Shown in pieces: positions 1 through 11,526 of a stretch of DNA of 64,000 nt. A model generated the notes under the pieces. That model ran no database searches, was not told where the DNA came from, and saw nothing but the letters and a program-made list of their open reading frames with translations. The DNA is taken from NCBI GenBank assembly GCA_030295235.1, contig AP026128.1, positions 372,001-436,000 of the forward strand. Reading direction: 5' to 3'. Within the stretch, counting starts at the first letter, position 1, and each line of letters starts with the position of its first letter. Position numbers and translations under genes: made by a program. Source of the stretch: Fistulifera solaris. Lineage: Eukaryota.

Positions 1-2863
1 CAACCCAACACCAACAAAGCACCGATCAAGTCAACACGGAAGGCCAACCACAAGGACAAGTTGGCAATGGAAAAGGTGGTGACGGCCGACTTAGCTTGCA
101 ATCCAACGTTCTCGTTCACGAAGCGTTCTTCCATGCGGAAGGCACGTACCACAGCCAATCCGCTCAAAGTCTCGGCGGTATGAGCGACGACGTGACTGCC
201 CGACTCTTCCGCGGCGCGCATGAGGGGCACGGAGGCTTGAATGTAGTTGTAGACGGTGTAGATGTATACGACGGCCAAACCACCAACGATGACCAAGAAG
301 AAGATCAGGTTGTAAGCGACGACACCACAGGCCATGATGAAGATCCAGAACATGATTTGAAACATGAGCACGTTGTCAACCAACTGATCGTCGATGATTT
401 CGACATCCTTGGAGAAGAAAGCCAACAATTTACCGACGGGTGTGACATGGAAGAAATGCATGGGGGCCTTGAGGGCGGCAGCAAAAGCAGCGTCGTGAAT
501 GTTCATGGCACCGACTTTACCCGTGCGGAAGTAGAAGAAGGCACGCAAGAAGGACATGCACAAGAAGACAAAAACCAACAAGCCGTAGAGACCAGCATAG
601 AAAGAATCGGCGGTGCGTTCCGGCTCGTACTTGCGCTTCGTCCAGACCGAAACCCAGTTGTCACTGTACACACGGAAAATTTGGCCGATGACAAAGATCA
701 TGGTGGCGGTAGTGAACAAGCAGACGCCAATCTTCTGGATGTACCACAAGTAAATGCTTCCTTCTTCGCCATGGTCGTTCACCTTGGTAACCAGCTTCTT
801 GGTGGAAGGGGTCGGAGTCATTGGAGCATGGGGCTTGAGGGGGACCAATGCGTCGTGCGTCACCTTGACGGAATGATCGGGGTGTTCCAAAATGTCTTGC
901 GAACCGGTGTGCGGATCCGTGGGCTTGGGGTGCTTGACGGCTTGGGAAGAACCGGGTGCAGTGCTTTCGGCAACTTCATCGCCGCAAAAGTTGGGGAACA
1001 AATGCTTGATGCCCTTGAAGGAGTACTTGGCATTGTAAGCGACCTTGTTCTCTTTCATCACGACCAAGTGATCTGACATGGCGAACAACTCCGTTTGATG
1101 CGTTGCCAAGACGACCGTTCCACCACCAGCAATCATCATGTCCTTGATGCAAAGCTTGAAAATGTGTTGGCACGTGTACATGTCGACGGCTGACAAAGGC
1201 GAGTCCAATACGTAGAGCTTGGCACGACTGTAGGCAGCACGAGCGAGAGCGATACGTTGCTTCTGTCCACCGGAAAGGTTACCTCCGCGTTCTCCGATCC
1301 AAGTCTGGTCGCCAAGGGGCATCATCTTCAAATCCGGTTCCAAGGCGCAGGCAAAGATGACCTTGCGGTAGAAGGCTTCGTCAAAGGGCAAGCCGAACAC
1401 AATGTTATCTCGCACGGTTCCCAAGGCTGTCCAAGGGGTCTGAGGAACGTATGCCTTGGATGACGGAGAAAGACACTGGCCGCTACGGATGGTCATGTCA
1501 CCGAGAATGGCTTTCAACAAGTTCGACTTTCCAGAGGCGACCGGACCAGCAACCATCACGAGAGAGCCTTGCGGAATGGTCATGTTGACATCGTTCAACA
1601 AGATAGTACCGTTCATTCCGTACGACATGCAAGCATTGCGGAAGGTGATGCCTTGGTAATCGTAAGACGCGTCGCTCCTCTTCTCGGCAACACCCAGTTC
1701 GGGCTCGAGCAAAAGGCTTGAATACGCTCCATGCTGGACATGGCGTCGAGCACATCACGGAGACTCTTGGGTAACTTGGAGAAAGGCACACGGAGCGTGT
1801 TAAAGAAAGACATGGCGGTGAAGACGACCACCGACTCGATGTCGCCCATCGCCTCCTTGGTACCGAAGATGACAACACACAACATGGGAGGCAAACTGAA
1901 AATCAATCCGAGGATGGTCGACTTGTAGTTATTGATTCCGTCAGCCAAGCGACTCTCTTGGGCACGAATCTCGTTGAGGTTCTTGAAGAAGGAGGCCTCC
2001 CAACCGTAGATCTTGATGAGTTTGATGCTGCGCATGATTTCTTCCATGAGAGAGATACGTTCGTCCGAGACCACGGCGAGAGCCTTCTTGCGGTAGGCGA
2101 CCACCATACCCATGTAGTACTGGAGCGGCATGAAGATGGCCATCATCGCGACACCTGGAAGGATCGTGGCACCCAACAAAATGAGCGTCACCGCAAAGGC
2201 AGCGAGCGTTTCGAAGATACCAGACCACAAGTACTGAAGACTCAAGCATGCTTCGGCGAGCTTCTCCACATCCTTGGCGACGAGAGCGACGATATCGGCC
2301 TTGGATCCGTACGGATCACGAACAATCATCTTCTTATAGATCTCGGTTGTGAGAGCTGCCTTGACCTTGGAGCCCAAAATCGACGAGTAGATACCCATCT
2401 GCTGGATACCAATCGACAACACGAACATGGTGGCGAAGAAACCAGCGCAAAGATAGAACTCGTAGTTTTCGCCCTTGTTGATCGGGGTACCCTTATCCCG
2501 CTTGTTGATGAAGTCGAGGATGTCGAAGACAAAGTAATAGATCGACCAAATGACGAGGACCGACCACGTAAGCTTGGCGAGGAATGCCTTGAAGAAATCG
2601 ACGCGGAAGGACCTCCAGAGGCAACGCAAGAGCATCTTGTAAGGCTTCTCGTTCGGATCCACCTTCTTCTTCTCATGTTCCCAGTTGGAAATGAAAGACT
2701 TGTGCGCATCCGGCACGCTGATGAAGTTCTCGTAGTCCTTGCAGAACTTCTCGACCTTGTCATCCTTGCGGGACGACGGAAGACAGGACTTGCACAAGGC
2801 GGCCTCCTGGTTCACCACCTCGGAGACTCGTCCTCCCGTAATCGCAGCGAAAGGACCAGGCAT
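1..2863 (-). CDS. ABCC/MRP-family ABC transporter (TMD1-NBD1-TMD2; 3' end runs off the window)
   Basis: ORF 1613-2863 encodes a multi-TM domain ending FNTLRVPFSKLP. After a 1-nt frameshift in the A-run at ~1711 the frame gives Walker A GPVASGKS, signature LSGGQKQRIALARA, Walker B LYVLDSPLSAVD, then a second TM domain open to position 1. Confidence 0.93.
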
Positions 2864-3551
2864 GATGACAGCTTTGTAACCAACGTTTGCAATGAAAGAC
2901 GATGTTGATCAGAATGCTTGAGTGTTCAACTGCTCGACTCGAGAGAATTGTGAGAAGACGAAAGTGGTTGATGACGGATGAGGGCGTTGATTGTTGTTTG
3001 CGGGTGTTTTCAGTTTTCACGTAGACGTGCGTAGACTGGTACGTGGACCCCACGTCATCATACGTGGCAAAGTTCACTTCAACATGACGTTGTACCAGAA
3101 ACAAAGGTTCTATTTCTGGTTCTGCAGGGTGACATTCTACTTTTTTACTATCAATAAAAATATTCTGACGTGGTAATCTTGTTTTGAACGATTCACGTGC
3201 TTCCACGGCTTCGGACCATAAAGTTTCAAGTACAACATTTTTTGCGTTCAGTATCGGTACCTGGTACTTAGATAAGTGTCTTCCGGCTTCCGATGTCAAT
3301 TGGATCCGGATCAATACCCACATTCTTTTGCTCGTTGCGTGTACTATTCACGTGATCCTTCGAGTGCCGGCTTGTATTTTACATGCCTTTAACAGTGGCC
3401 ACGGACAGTACAAATATTTCCAACGGACAAAAAATGTGGGTATTGATCCTAGCCATTTTGTTTTCCTACGTAGTAATTATACAACTTCAGTCGTTTTTCG
3501 CACGATCCACGTGCCTTTTTAGCGGGGCTTATGTTAGTAAAAAGCCTTAGC

Positions 3552-3572
3552 GTGACGTAATGATTACGTCAC
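3552..3572. promoter_or_regulatory. Perfect palindrome with two TGACGTAA (bZIP-type) half sites upstream of the ABC transporter
   Basis: GTGACGTAAT-G-ATTACGTCAC: 10-bp arms, 1-nt spacer. Function is inferred only. Confidence 0.4.
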
Positions 3573-4430
3573 CCTGAAAGATCAAAGGCCAAAAACTCAT
3601 CCTTGAGTAAGGTTGAAATTTTCACTGTGAACGGAAGAGTAGCGGTAAAATAAGGTTTACTTTTGGATCTTCGACTCCGAAAAACCAGCGAAACTCACAC
3701 CAAAAAAGATCGACCATGAGATGCATGACGTTTTTTCTCCCATCATCCTTTGCATCGAGTGCAGGCTAAGAAGGTTTTCTTACATGAGATCCACAGGGCA
3801 AGGGGGCTACGGCTGAAGAGTGTCTGACGAGCACAACTCGATGTACAAGAAGGCGACAATTCTTCGCATTTTCATTGCGAGCCCGAAAGCGAAAACAGTC
3901 TTCCCTATTGCTTGTTCCAAAATTACTGTGCCATTCAACGTTTATACCTACTCATTACAGGGCGCGATCTTACTTGCGCTTGGGTTCCGCTTTGTGATGT
4001 CGACGAGAAACGATCGATTGCCATGGCCAATACAGAGAAGATGACCCGATGATATCTTGGTCTATCAACGGAGGCGAACGAAGCAACGCACAACTCGCAA
4101 AGTTGGCCCCCGTCGCCAACAAGCGAATGCTTTTACAAAGGAGAATTTGCCGTTTCTACGAGAAAGTCAGAAGGATTGCTATGCTCTGGGGCGGCATCGA
4201 ATCGAAAAAGTAGAATTGCTGAAATATACAATTAAGGAACTATAAGATGGCTACGTCATAATTTGAATGTATAACACATACTCCGTATTATGTGGACTTT
4301 CGTTTCAAACATCTTCTTCCATTGTTTCCGGTACTATCGTCACAATAGGATGACTGCGCACATGAAGCGGAGAAACGGTGAGAGTGAGGCCAAAGCGATC
4401 CCCATTTGAATGTTTGCGATGCACCGCTAC

Positions 4431-7329
4431 TTACGGATTTTGATTTCTTTGAATTAGTGGTACCCCCTGTGCCACTCGGGGTGGCCCTCGCACGGTGCTA
4501 CTCTCCGGAGAAGTTGGAACAGGAGCCATATCGGTAGTGCTAGTGCTAACTGGAACAGTGGGAGAAGACGGCCCCGAGAGCGTGGAAAGTGGCACCGCAA
4601 TCGGCGACGGCATGGTCACGCCGGTTCGCTTGCCGCTAATGGGACCTAAAACAGGTGGACTGACAGGCGAACTGACAGGAGTCGGTACTGATATAGGTGC
4701 CGGTGCAGGTGAGCCCGAGGGAGTCTGTCAAGAGTAATTGATTAGTCGAAGATGAGGCTGATTTAAACACGAACAACTGACAACACTCACAACTTCCGTC
4801 GATCGATCATAATCAATGCATTGCGCTTTGCTGGCACTGCCCGCTGAAGCAGCAATAAACTGGCAAGGAAGACCTTCATCTGCAGTTCCAAAATTGTTGG
4901 TTGCGCTCACAGACCCTCCGTCCAAAACGACGACAGTTCCTACCCCTGTAAAATCATTACCCACGAAGTTCGTGCTCGAGACTTCGACGGTACTTCCTTC
5001 CACGGCCAAGATTGCGTATCCAAATCCCTCCTCGCTGTAAGTATTGGCTTCGAACCGAGAATTTTCCACAATGATATCGTTGTAACCCGTTGAGGTCGTG
5101 ACGACTCCGCGCGATTTATCAATGATGGGCAGTCCCTGAGCGTTATTACGGAATGTCGTTTCGACAATACGCACTTGCTGACGAGGCAAAGTAGGGTCGA
5201 TTGCAGGAGTTGGAACCGCGGGGGTAGGCAACGCCGGGGTAGGTAGCGCTGGTGTAGGTAACGCCGGGGTAGGTAGCGCTGGTGTAGGTAACGCCGGGGT
5301 AGGTAGCGCTGGTGTAGGTAACGCCGGGGTCGGTAGCGCTGGAGTAGGCAACGCGGGGGTGGGAAGCGCTGGGGTAGGTAGAGCTGGCGTGGGAAGAGCC
5401 GGGGTTGGTAAAGCTGGCGTGGGAAGCGCTGGGGTTGGAAGCGCTGGAGTTGGTAAAGCCGGGGTAGGTAAAGCTGGCGTGGGCAGCGCTGGGGTCGGAA
5501 GCGCTGGAGTTGGTAATGCAGGAGTCGGAATAGCGACAGGGCTTGCAACGGGCGTCGGTAGTGCAGGGGTTGGTAACGCAGGAGTGGGCACCGGAGCCGC
5601 AGCTGGTACAGGTCCAGCAATAGGTGGAGCAACCGGAGCCACAGGGGCAGCGACACATACATCATCGCATACATTGTTCAAGATACTGTCAAAGCCCACT
5701 GCAGTACAAGAGCAATCGCCGACCATGTCTCCGCAGTCATCGTTGCATCCCTTGACGCGGCAATCCGTAAACGTATCGCAATTGTTTCCGCTGCACACAG
5801 AGGTGACCGTGTACGTGAAATCTCTGCCGGTGCCACAGTATCCTGGGCAAAAATCTCATCCATGAAAACCGCATCCGCATGCTGAAACGAATACGAACAG
5901 CCCGGTGGAGTCACGGAAGGTGGGATGGAATGGTTTTCGTTGACAAAATCATCTTGTAGACCGCGTTTATGTGGCTTCTCGTGAATCTTTTGCTGACGAA
6001 CGGCTTCCATTACCGAGCCCATGCTGTTCATGACTTGCTGAACACTATCTGCCGCTTGCACCTTGCGTACCAGACGAGTAGTAGGGGCAGCTACGGGGCT
6101 AAGAGGCGGCTCTGTTGAGGTAACCGTAGGGTCCCACGAGAGCAACATGGGACCAATGTTGGTGTGATCCTGGTCATTGGGAGGAACAATGATAAAGTGA
6201 GATTCACTAAATGAGAAAACATGTAACGTTCGAACAGAAGATTAAACCTCAAACTTACCTCAAAGATGCAATCCTGGAACGTAATGTCACCCGAGTTATC
6301 GAGAACGGCTCCCGCTTGTTGGGCCATGGCAAAGGTAAATCCTTGAAACCGAGCATTGGTCGCCGGCTGCTGATACAAACTAAACGCCGAAATCACTTGC
6401 GTTTCACCACCCCTGAGCACACAGTTGTTGCTGATATCTCCGTTCGCACCACAGATATAATGCGTGTTGGTGCGTGCCGTCAGGGGCGCCATACCGCCCA
6501 CCAACGACGTACTTCCCGCAATGTTGGTGAGAGTTCCAATGTTGTAGACGCGGTTGCTGCAGAGTGAATACGTTGTGACGACGGCCGGATTGGCATTCAC
6601 GACATCTTGCAACAAAAGCGTGGTGTCGCTATAGCAATTCGGAACATCAATCGAGGGAGCTACTACCGTCGGTACCGCAACAGGCGTTGTAATGGGAGTG
6701 GAAGGCACCATCACGGGCGTGGGCACCGATACGGGGCTCGCGAGAGGAGTCGGCAATGCCACTGGTACAGTCACAGGGGCCATCACTGGAGCAGGGACAG
6801 GGACCGTCACGGGAGCCGGAACCGGAGCCACAACAGGCACGGGCGCTGCAGGAGCCGGTCCATCACACAAAACCTCGCAAGCCTCATCGAGTGCGGTGTC
6901 AAAATCTATGATTTCCAAGGGAGGACATTCCAGTAACGCGGATGTACATCCACTCACACCACATAGAATCACCGAACTACAAACGGCTTTAGGATCGGTA
7001 TACGCTATGTCACATTGAGTTTCAATTCGCAGCGTGAAATCGCGACCCGTTCCGCAGCGATCCGGACAAATGAACTGATCGATCGGATTCGTGGATGTGG
7101 GAGTATGATTCAATTCATCGTAATCGCATTCGCTAGGAACAATAAAAGGAGGCAACGTATGCCCTAATCGACGAGCCTTGTACGAAGCGGTCATCGTTTC
7201 TTTGAACTCCTCAAAAGCGTTCAGGCGATTGTTCTCTCCCTTGCTGTATTCGGAAAAGGATTGCGTAAATTGTGCCGCATCTGCCGCCGCCCCTAGCCAA
7301 AGGCTCAAGTATGCGGCCTTCATCTTCAT
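4431..7329 (-). CDS. Large secreted Pro/Thr-rich protein with two Cys-rich modules, PTPAL repeats and a beta-helix-like domain
   Basis: Signal peptide MKMKAAYLSLWLGAAADA. Introns at ~6258-6170 and ~4790-4726 and a frameshift in the A-run at ~5850 join the ORF pieces. Repeated C-P-x-x-C-G-T-G-R-D-F-T module; ends in a Pro/Ser/Thr-rich tail. Confidence 0.8.
5199..5590 (-). repeat. Coding 15-bp tandem repeat encoding (PTPAL)n, about 20 consecutive units
   Basis: Visible in the translation of ORF 4728-5798. Third codon positions vary, with near-perfect 30-bp dimer units at ~5238-5330. Confidence 0.97.
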
Positions 7330-8156
7330 GGCTGTTTGCTTTGCTGGGTAAACGAAGAAGAGAGCACCCGACAAAACGGTTCGTGTCTAATAATGCCTTC
7401 TCGATTGTGCTTGGATCTGGAGGCGCGAGACGAAGGACCACGCAACACGCAACACTCCGTTCGATGGAGGACGTAAGTCTAGAATAAGTGCACCCAAGCT
7501 GTTTCTTGCCTAGATACACTAATAATTAAGCGCTCGGAGGTTCACTTCAGTACTATACTCGGCTTTGCCCCGTTAGATAAGCGACTTTCAACGGAAAACA
7601 ATCGGGACAAAAATACGCCAAATTTTCATTCCGCTTTCGATTTGATACGAGAGAAAGAATTCCCGCCTTTCTATTATCAATCCAAGAAAGTACTTCCAGA
7701 AAGTCTGTCAAGACAAACTATACTATCAAGTGTACTGAGACTAGTTAAGTATTTTCTCGACTTAGAGCTAACGGAAAGGCCTGGCGCACCCTCCTTGACC
7801 GTTTCCATTATTCAAACTTTCACGAACAAAAATGACCCTCCCTCCGATAATTTCGGGCTTCCGCCGAAAAGCCCTCGGATCCATCGGTGATGTGAATGGT
7901 GATGTATCTTGATACGAATAAATACTTTTGTTTAAAATATTAGTCTCCGATAATATCGGTGATGTTTCGGAGGAACGCGATAATGATTGCTACACGATCG
8001 GATGACACTGCCAACATCACGGAACATAAATAATAACAAAATGGCAACGAAAGGGGTTCCCGTTCCCGATCAGGATTCTCGAGGCTTTCAAAGTGCTTTT
8101 ATAGTAATTGGCTATCCTTCCAGCATAATTCTGCTACCTGATTATTTTAACTGTAC

Positions 8157-11039
8157 CTATACAGTCGACGACGACAGTTTCGGACGCGTGACCCACTGCG
8201 CCAACTGTTCGTAGGCCATCAAGGAGATGCCAAATTGCGGAGCGAGACGAAGAACACGCGCCGTGCCTCCTCGAAAGAACGATCGCCACCCCTCTTGCTG
8301 ATACATTTTTGTGACGCAGTCTCGTACGCCGCTGTAATAATAGAGCACTTCACCGTCCGGACGAGTGGATTGCAATCGGGTTTTAACGACATCGGCGGGA
8401 ATCGTGAGCGCGGCGGCCGGGATTCCGGCGACAGTCCCAGCCAACCAAATGTTGGCATTGGTTGGTTGATCGATTTCGGCATCTAGCAAGTGACGGAGTG
8501 CGGAATACGTGGGAAAATAAATGGCACTGAACGGTACATCGCGCAATAAGCATGCGGTAGCACCGCGATAGACTCCAGGTAGACCCATTTGCCGAACGAT
8601 CGATCGGAGAGAAGCTGGTTCGATTGACGGAATGCCCCGTTTCTCCAAGAAGCGATTCGTTTCCCCTTCTAATTGCATATGGATTTTCGTTACTTCCATT
8701 GGATTGGTCACCAGCAACTGGCAGGCGCCCGCGCATGCACCCGCTATCACTTCGACCCACAAACTAGGTTTTGTGGAGACGCCATTCGCTTCATGACTTT
8801 CCCTGTGCGGATCCAGAACTTGCTTGATCAAATCGTTCACCTGAATTTTTATCAATTTTTCAGGACCTATTCCGATGAGCTGAGGAGTGAGTCCACGGTA
8901 GAGGCCGAGGGCAGATTCATGCTGCACGACACTGCGTAAGCAGTGCATCCAGCTTCGATACGATGCTTGTCCTCTTTTAGGCACTGCTTCATTCATCATT
9001 CGCGTCTTGGCGAGATCCAGTGGATAGAGAAACAGGGCCCCCATGGAGCTTGCTACTGCTGTCAGCCAAAAATGCTGTACAAAGCCTTCCATCTTTGCCC
9101 GGAAGCCCTCTTCCGTTTCGTTCTCAAGACTGACTCGATCATCCAGATGAGCCGCAGACGAGGCGAAGGTGAGCTTTCCGTCTCGACCAGGTAACGCTTC
9201 TAAGCGTCGCACAAAATCCATTCCACAAACTTCAATGGCATCGTGCGAAGAGATGTAACCATCATGATTACGATCAAAGAGCGCAAATATAATTTCGACC
9301 TGCCTTCGACTGAGCCGTCCACCCATTCCTAATGCCCGATTCGCTACTTTGAAATCATCCGGAGATATGGCGCCTTTCTTGATTTGTTCCGCTTGGTCGA
9401 TTAAATTGCAAATACCCGATAGATTACCCAGTATTTCTTGAAATGCGAGAAAGTCGCCATATGCAAAGTAGCGCACGCCTGTAATCGTACCAGCATCGAC
9501 AGACAGCTCAGAACTACTAACATTCGTTGGAGGTTCGGCGGCACTTTCGGAATCAATGTTTTTCTCCACTTTTCTATAAATTTCATCCAAGCGGTCTGCG
9601 ACGCCTTGGGGTAATCGCCATCCACAAGCAGTCGTTAACACCTTGATGAACTCGTCTGGATCCAAATGATCTTCCACAGAACCTCGCTTCTTCGTATCGA
9701 CAGCGCGAAGAAACGCTTGCTTTCCAATTTCTCGCTGAAGATCGACTAAAAACTGAGAAAAGTGAACCTGACGGATGGATTGCTTCCCGTCTTTACCGAA
9801 ATATCGTTGAAAGAACTGCGAACTAAGGTCCAGGTCAGGGAAAAGAGGCTTAACGAACGAAACAAGATCAGCAAGCATAATCTGACCCTTCTGTCGTTGA
9901 TCCATCAACAGAAAGGCTATATCTACTTCCGGGTCGGGTCGATCCATGAGCATGTGGTAGAAGCAAAAATCCTCCAAGTAGACGCGCGGTAGTTCATCGT
10001 AATCTTTCTTTTGCCTTCTCCGTAAAAGATGGTGCAATGTGTTTACAGTCCTTAGACTGGACATAGGATCCTCGTTCAAAGTACTGGTCGAGTTCCATTT
10101 GCGTCGAGATTCCACGAACTCTTCCATGGTCATATAGAGAACACCATGCTCGTCCGACTTCGTAGCGCATTCCTCGAACCGGCGACTCATCACTTCACTT
10201 GGGAGAACATATTCCCAAAAGGCTGTGAAATCGACCACCCAACACTGCAAATTCGATCCAGTCTCTGCTTGCGTGGATGCTACGACCGAGGCCGAGTGCT
10301 GCCGTCCGAACAAGAAACCCCCTTCACCAAACAGAGTGCCCGGACCCAGCGATGCTGGACGAAAATTCTGTGGCTGATACCAAACATCGGCTTTACCGTC
10401 GCGAACGACGTACAAAGAGCGTTTGATTCCACTTCGCGGAGACGCAGGAGGATCTTCTAAAAAATCCGCCGATAGAAACGTTGTCGCAGCCTCCCGCGCG
10501 CGAAGGAAAGGATTCTTCCACGAACTATCCATGCCACCAAATACATTCGACAACGAATCATCAAATGACCTCCTTTCATTCACATTGGGAGACTCGGACT
10601 CGTCATTGTTCGCTATCCGATTTCCGGTAACATCTTCCGTTCTGCTCTCCTCCACTGGGGCATTATTTCGTTCAAACGACTTGGCATATATTTCTTCCTC
10701 TTCCACATCCGCAGGATCTATTTCAGAGAAAATTTTGGTGGAAGTCCGTTGCGGTTTTCGAATCCGGCTGTCAGCACGATCTTGTAGGTCGTCGTCATCC
10801 ACACAACCTTCTAGAATGACAATATCTCCCGGATGAAATTCTTTCAACTCGGCGACCGAGATGAAACGCTCTATTTGACTTTCATCTAAGCAAGCGAAGA
10901 AAGGAGATTTTTGAATAGCGAGGCGAATTAGCTCTCGATCTTGTTGATTTTTGAAATGAGAAGGAAAGTAACGTGTTCGCTTGCGCGTCTTGGGCTTTAA
11001 TTGCACTCCTTTTCGGTGACTGTTGTCCGCGTCCGTCAT
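8157..11039 (-). CDS. Ca2+-binding mitochondrial carrier (aralar/citrin-like aspartate-glutamate carrier) with N-terminal cNMP-binding domain
   Basis: Three carrier motifs: PLDLAKTRMM, PMEVTKIHMQ, PADVVKTRLQ. Also LLRDVPFSAIYF and ARVLRLAPQFG. EF-hand-like DQRQKGQI and DRNHDGYISSHD. cNMP-fold elements SPFFACLD...EFHPGDIVILEG and LYVVRDGKADV...LGPGTLFGE...SASVVA. Confidence 0.9.
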   Translation of the reverse strand: MTDADNSHRKGVQLKPKTRKRTRYFPSHFKNQQDRELIRLAIQKSPFFACLDESQIERFISVAELKEFHPGDIVILEGCVDDDDLQDRADSRIRKPQRTSTKIFSEIDPADVEEEEIYAKSFERNNAPVEESRTEDVTGNRIANNDESESPNVNERRSFDDSLSNVFGGMDSSWKNPFLRAREAATTFLSADFLEDPPASPRSGIKRSLYVVRDGKADVWYQPQNFRPASLGPGTLFGEGGFLFGRQHSASVVASTQAETGSNLQCWVVDFTAFWEYVLPSEVMSRRFEECATKSDEHGVLYMTMEEFVESRRKWNSTSTLNEDPMSSLRTVNTLHHLLRRRQKKDYDELPRVYLEDFCFYHMLMDRPDPEVDIAFLLMDQRQKGQIMLADLVSFVKPLFPDLDLSSQFFQRYFGKDGKQSIRQVHFSQFLVDLQREIGKQAFLRAVDTKKRGSVEDHLDPDEFIKVLTTACGWRLPQGVADRLDEIYRKVEKNIDSESAAEPPTNVSSSELSVDAGTITGVRYFAYGDFLAFQEILGNLSGICNLIDQAEQIKKGAISPDDFKVANRALGMGGRLSRRQVEIIFALFDRNHDGYISSHDAIEVCGMDFVRRLEALPGRDGKLTFASSAAHLDDRVSLENETEEGFRAKMEGFVQHFWLTAVASSMGALFLYPLDLAKTRMMNEAVPKRGQASYRSWMHCLRSVVQHESALGLYRGLTPQLIGIGPEKLIKIQVNDLIKQVLDPHRESHEANGVSTKPSLWVEVIAGACAGACQLLVTNPMEVTKIHMQLEGETNRFLEKRGIPSIEPASLRSIVRQMGLPGVYRGATACLLRDVPFSAIYFPTYSALRHLLDAEIDQPTNANIWLAGTVAGIPAAALTIPADVVKTRLQSTRPDGEVLYYYSGVRDCVTKMYQQEGWRSFFRGGTARVLRLAPQFGISLMAYEQLAQWVTRPKLSSSTV

Positions 11040-11526
11040 GGTGTGCTTTATGTTAGTCAGGATGGTTAAAGAAGCGCTATGATTACTGTTTGACTGGAAT
11101 AATATATACAACACTCTGACTGACTTATTTGCTCAACGCAAAACAAACTTCGTTTTGTTCATTGCTCATTGCGTTTTGTGTTTGACTTCGACTTCGTCTT
11201 GCACCTTCGCGCGTTTTATCGGAGGGAAAGACATCATTACCGGTATGACCGGATCATGTTTGAGAGACTGGAGCAAGGAGTGGTGTTGCAGAAAGATCCT
11301 GAGTACAATATAGAGTATACAATCGTAACATTTATTGGCACTGGCGAAATGAAACGGTTCTAAATAAATAGCACAATAACAGTCTCGCGCCTATCGCGCC
11401 ATCGCATGTCGCATGCGATGAGGACAACGACGAGGACGAGTTTTTATTTATTGCGCATCATTGCACGGCTTGAGCTTGCCTTGTCTAGCGCACAAGTCTT
11501 TTAACCTGCATAGAAAGCTCTTTCAG

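Noticed and set aside
96..2908. Long plus-strand ORFs 96-1076 and 1958-2908
   Set aside because: Antisense shadows of the codon-biased ABC transporter; no recognisable protein features.
3522..3794. Possible old MITE with degenerate TIRs (~3522-3554 vs ~3762-3794)
   Set aside because: Only about two-thirds identity by eye and no clear TSD.
7840..7970. Short repeated CTCCGATAAT and ATCGGTGATGT motifs with a small palindrome
   Set aside because: Too short and degenerate to define an element or boundaries.
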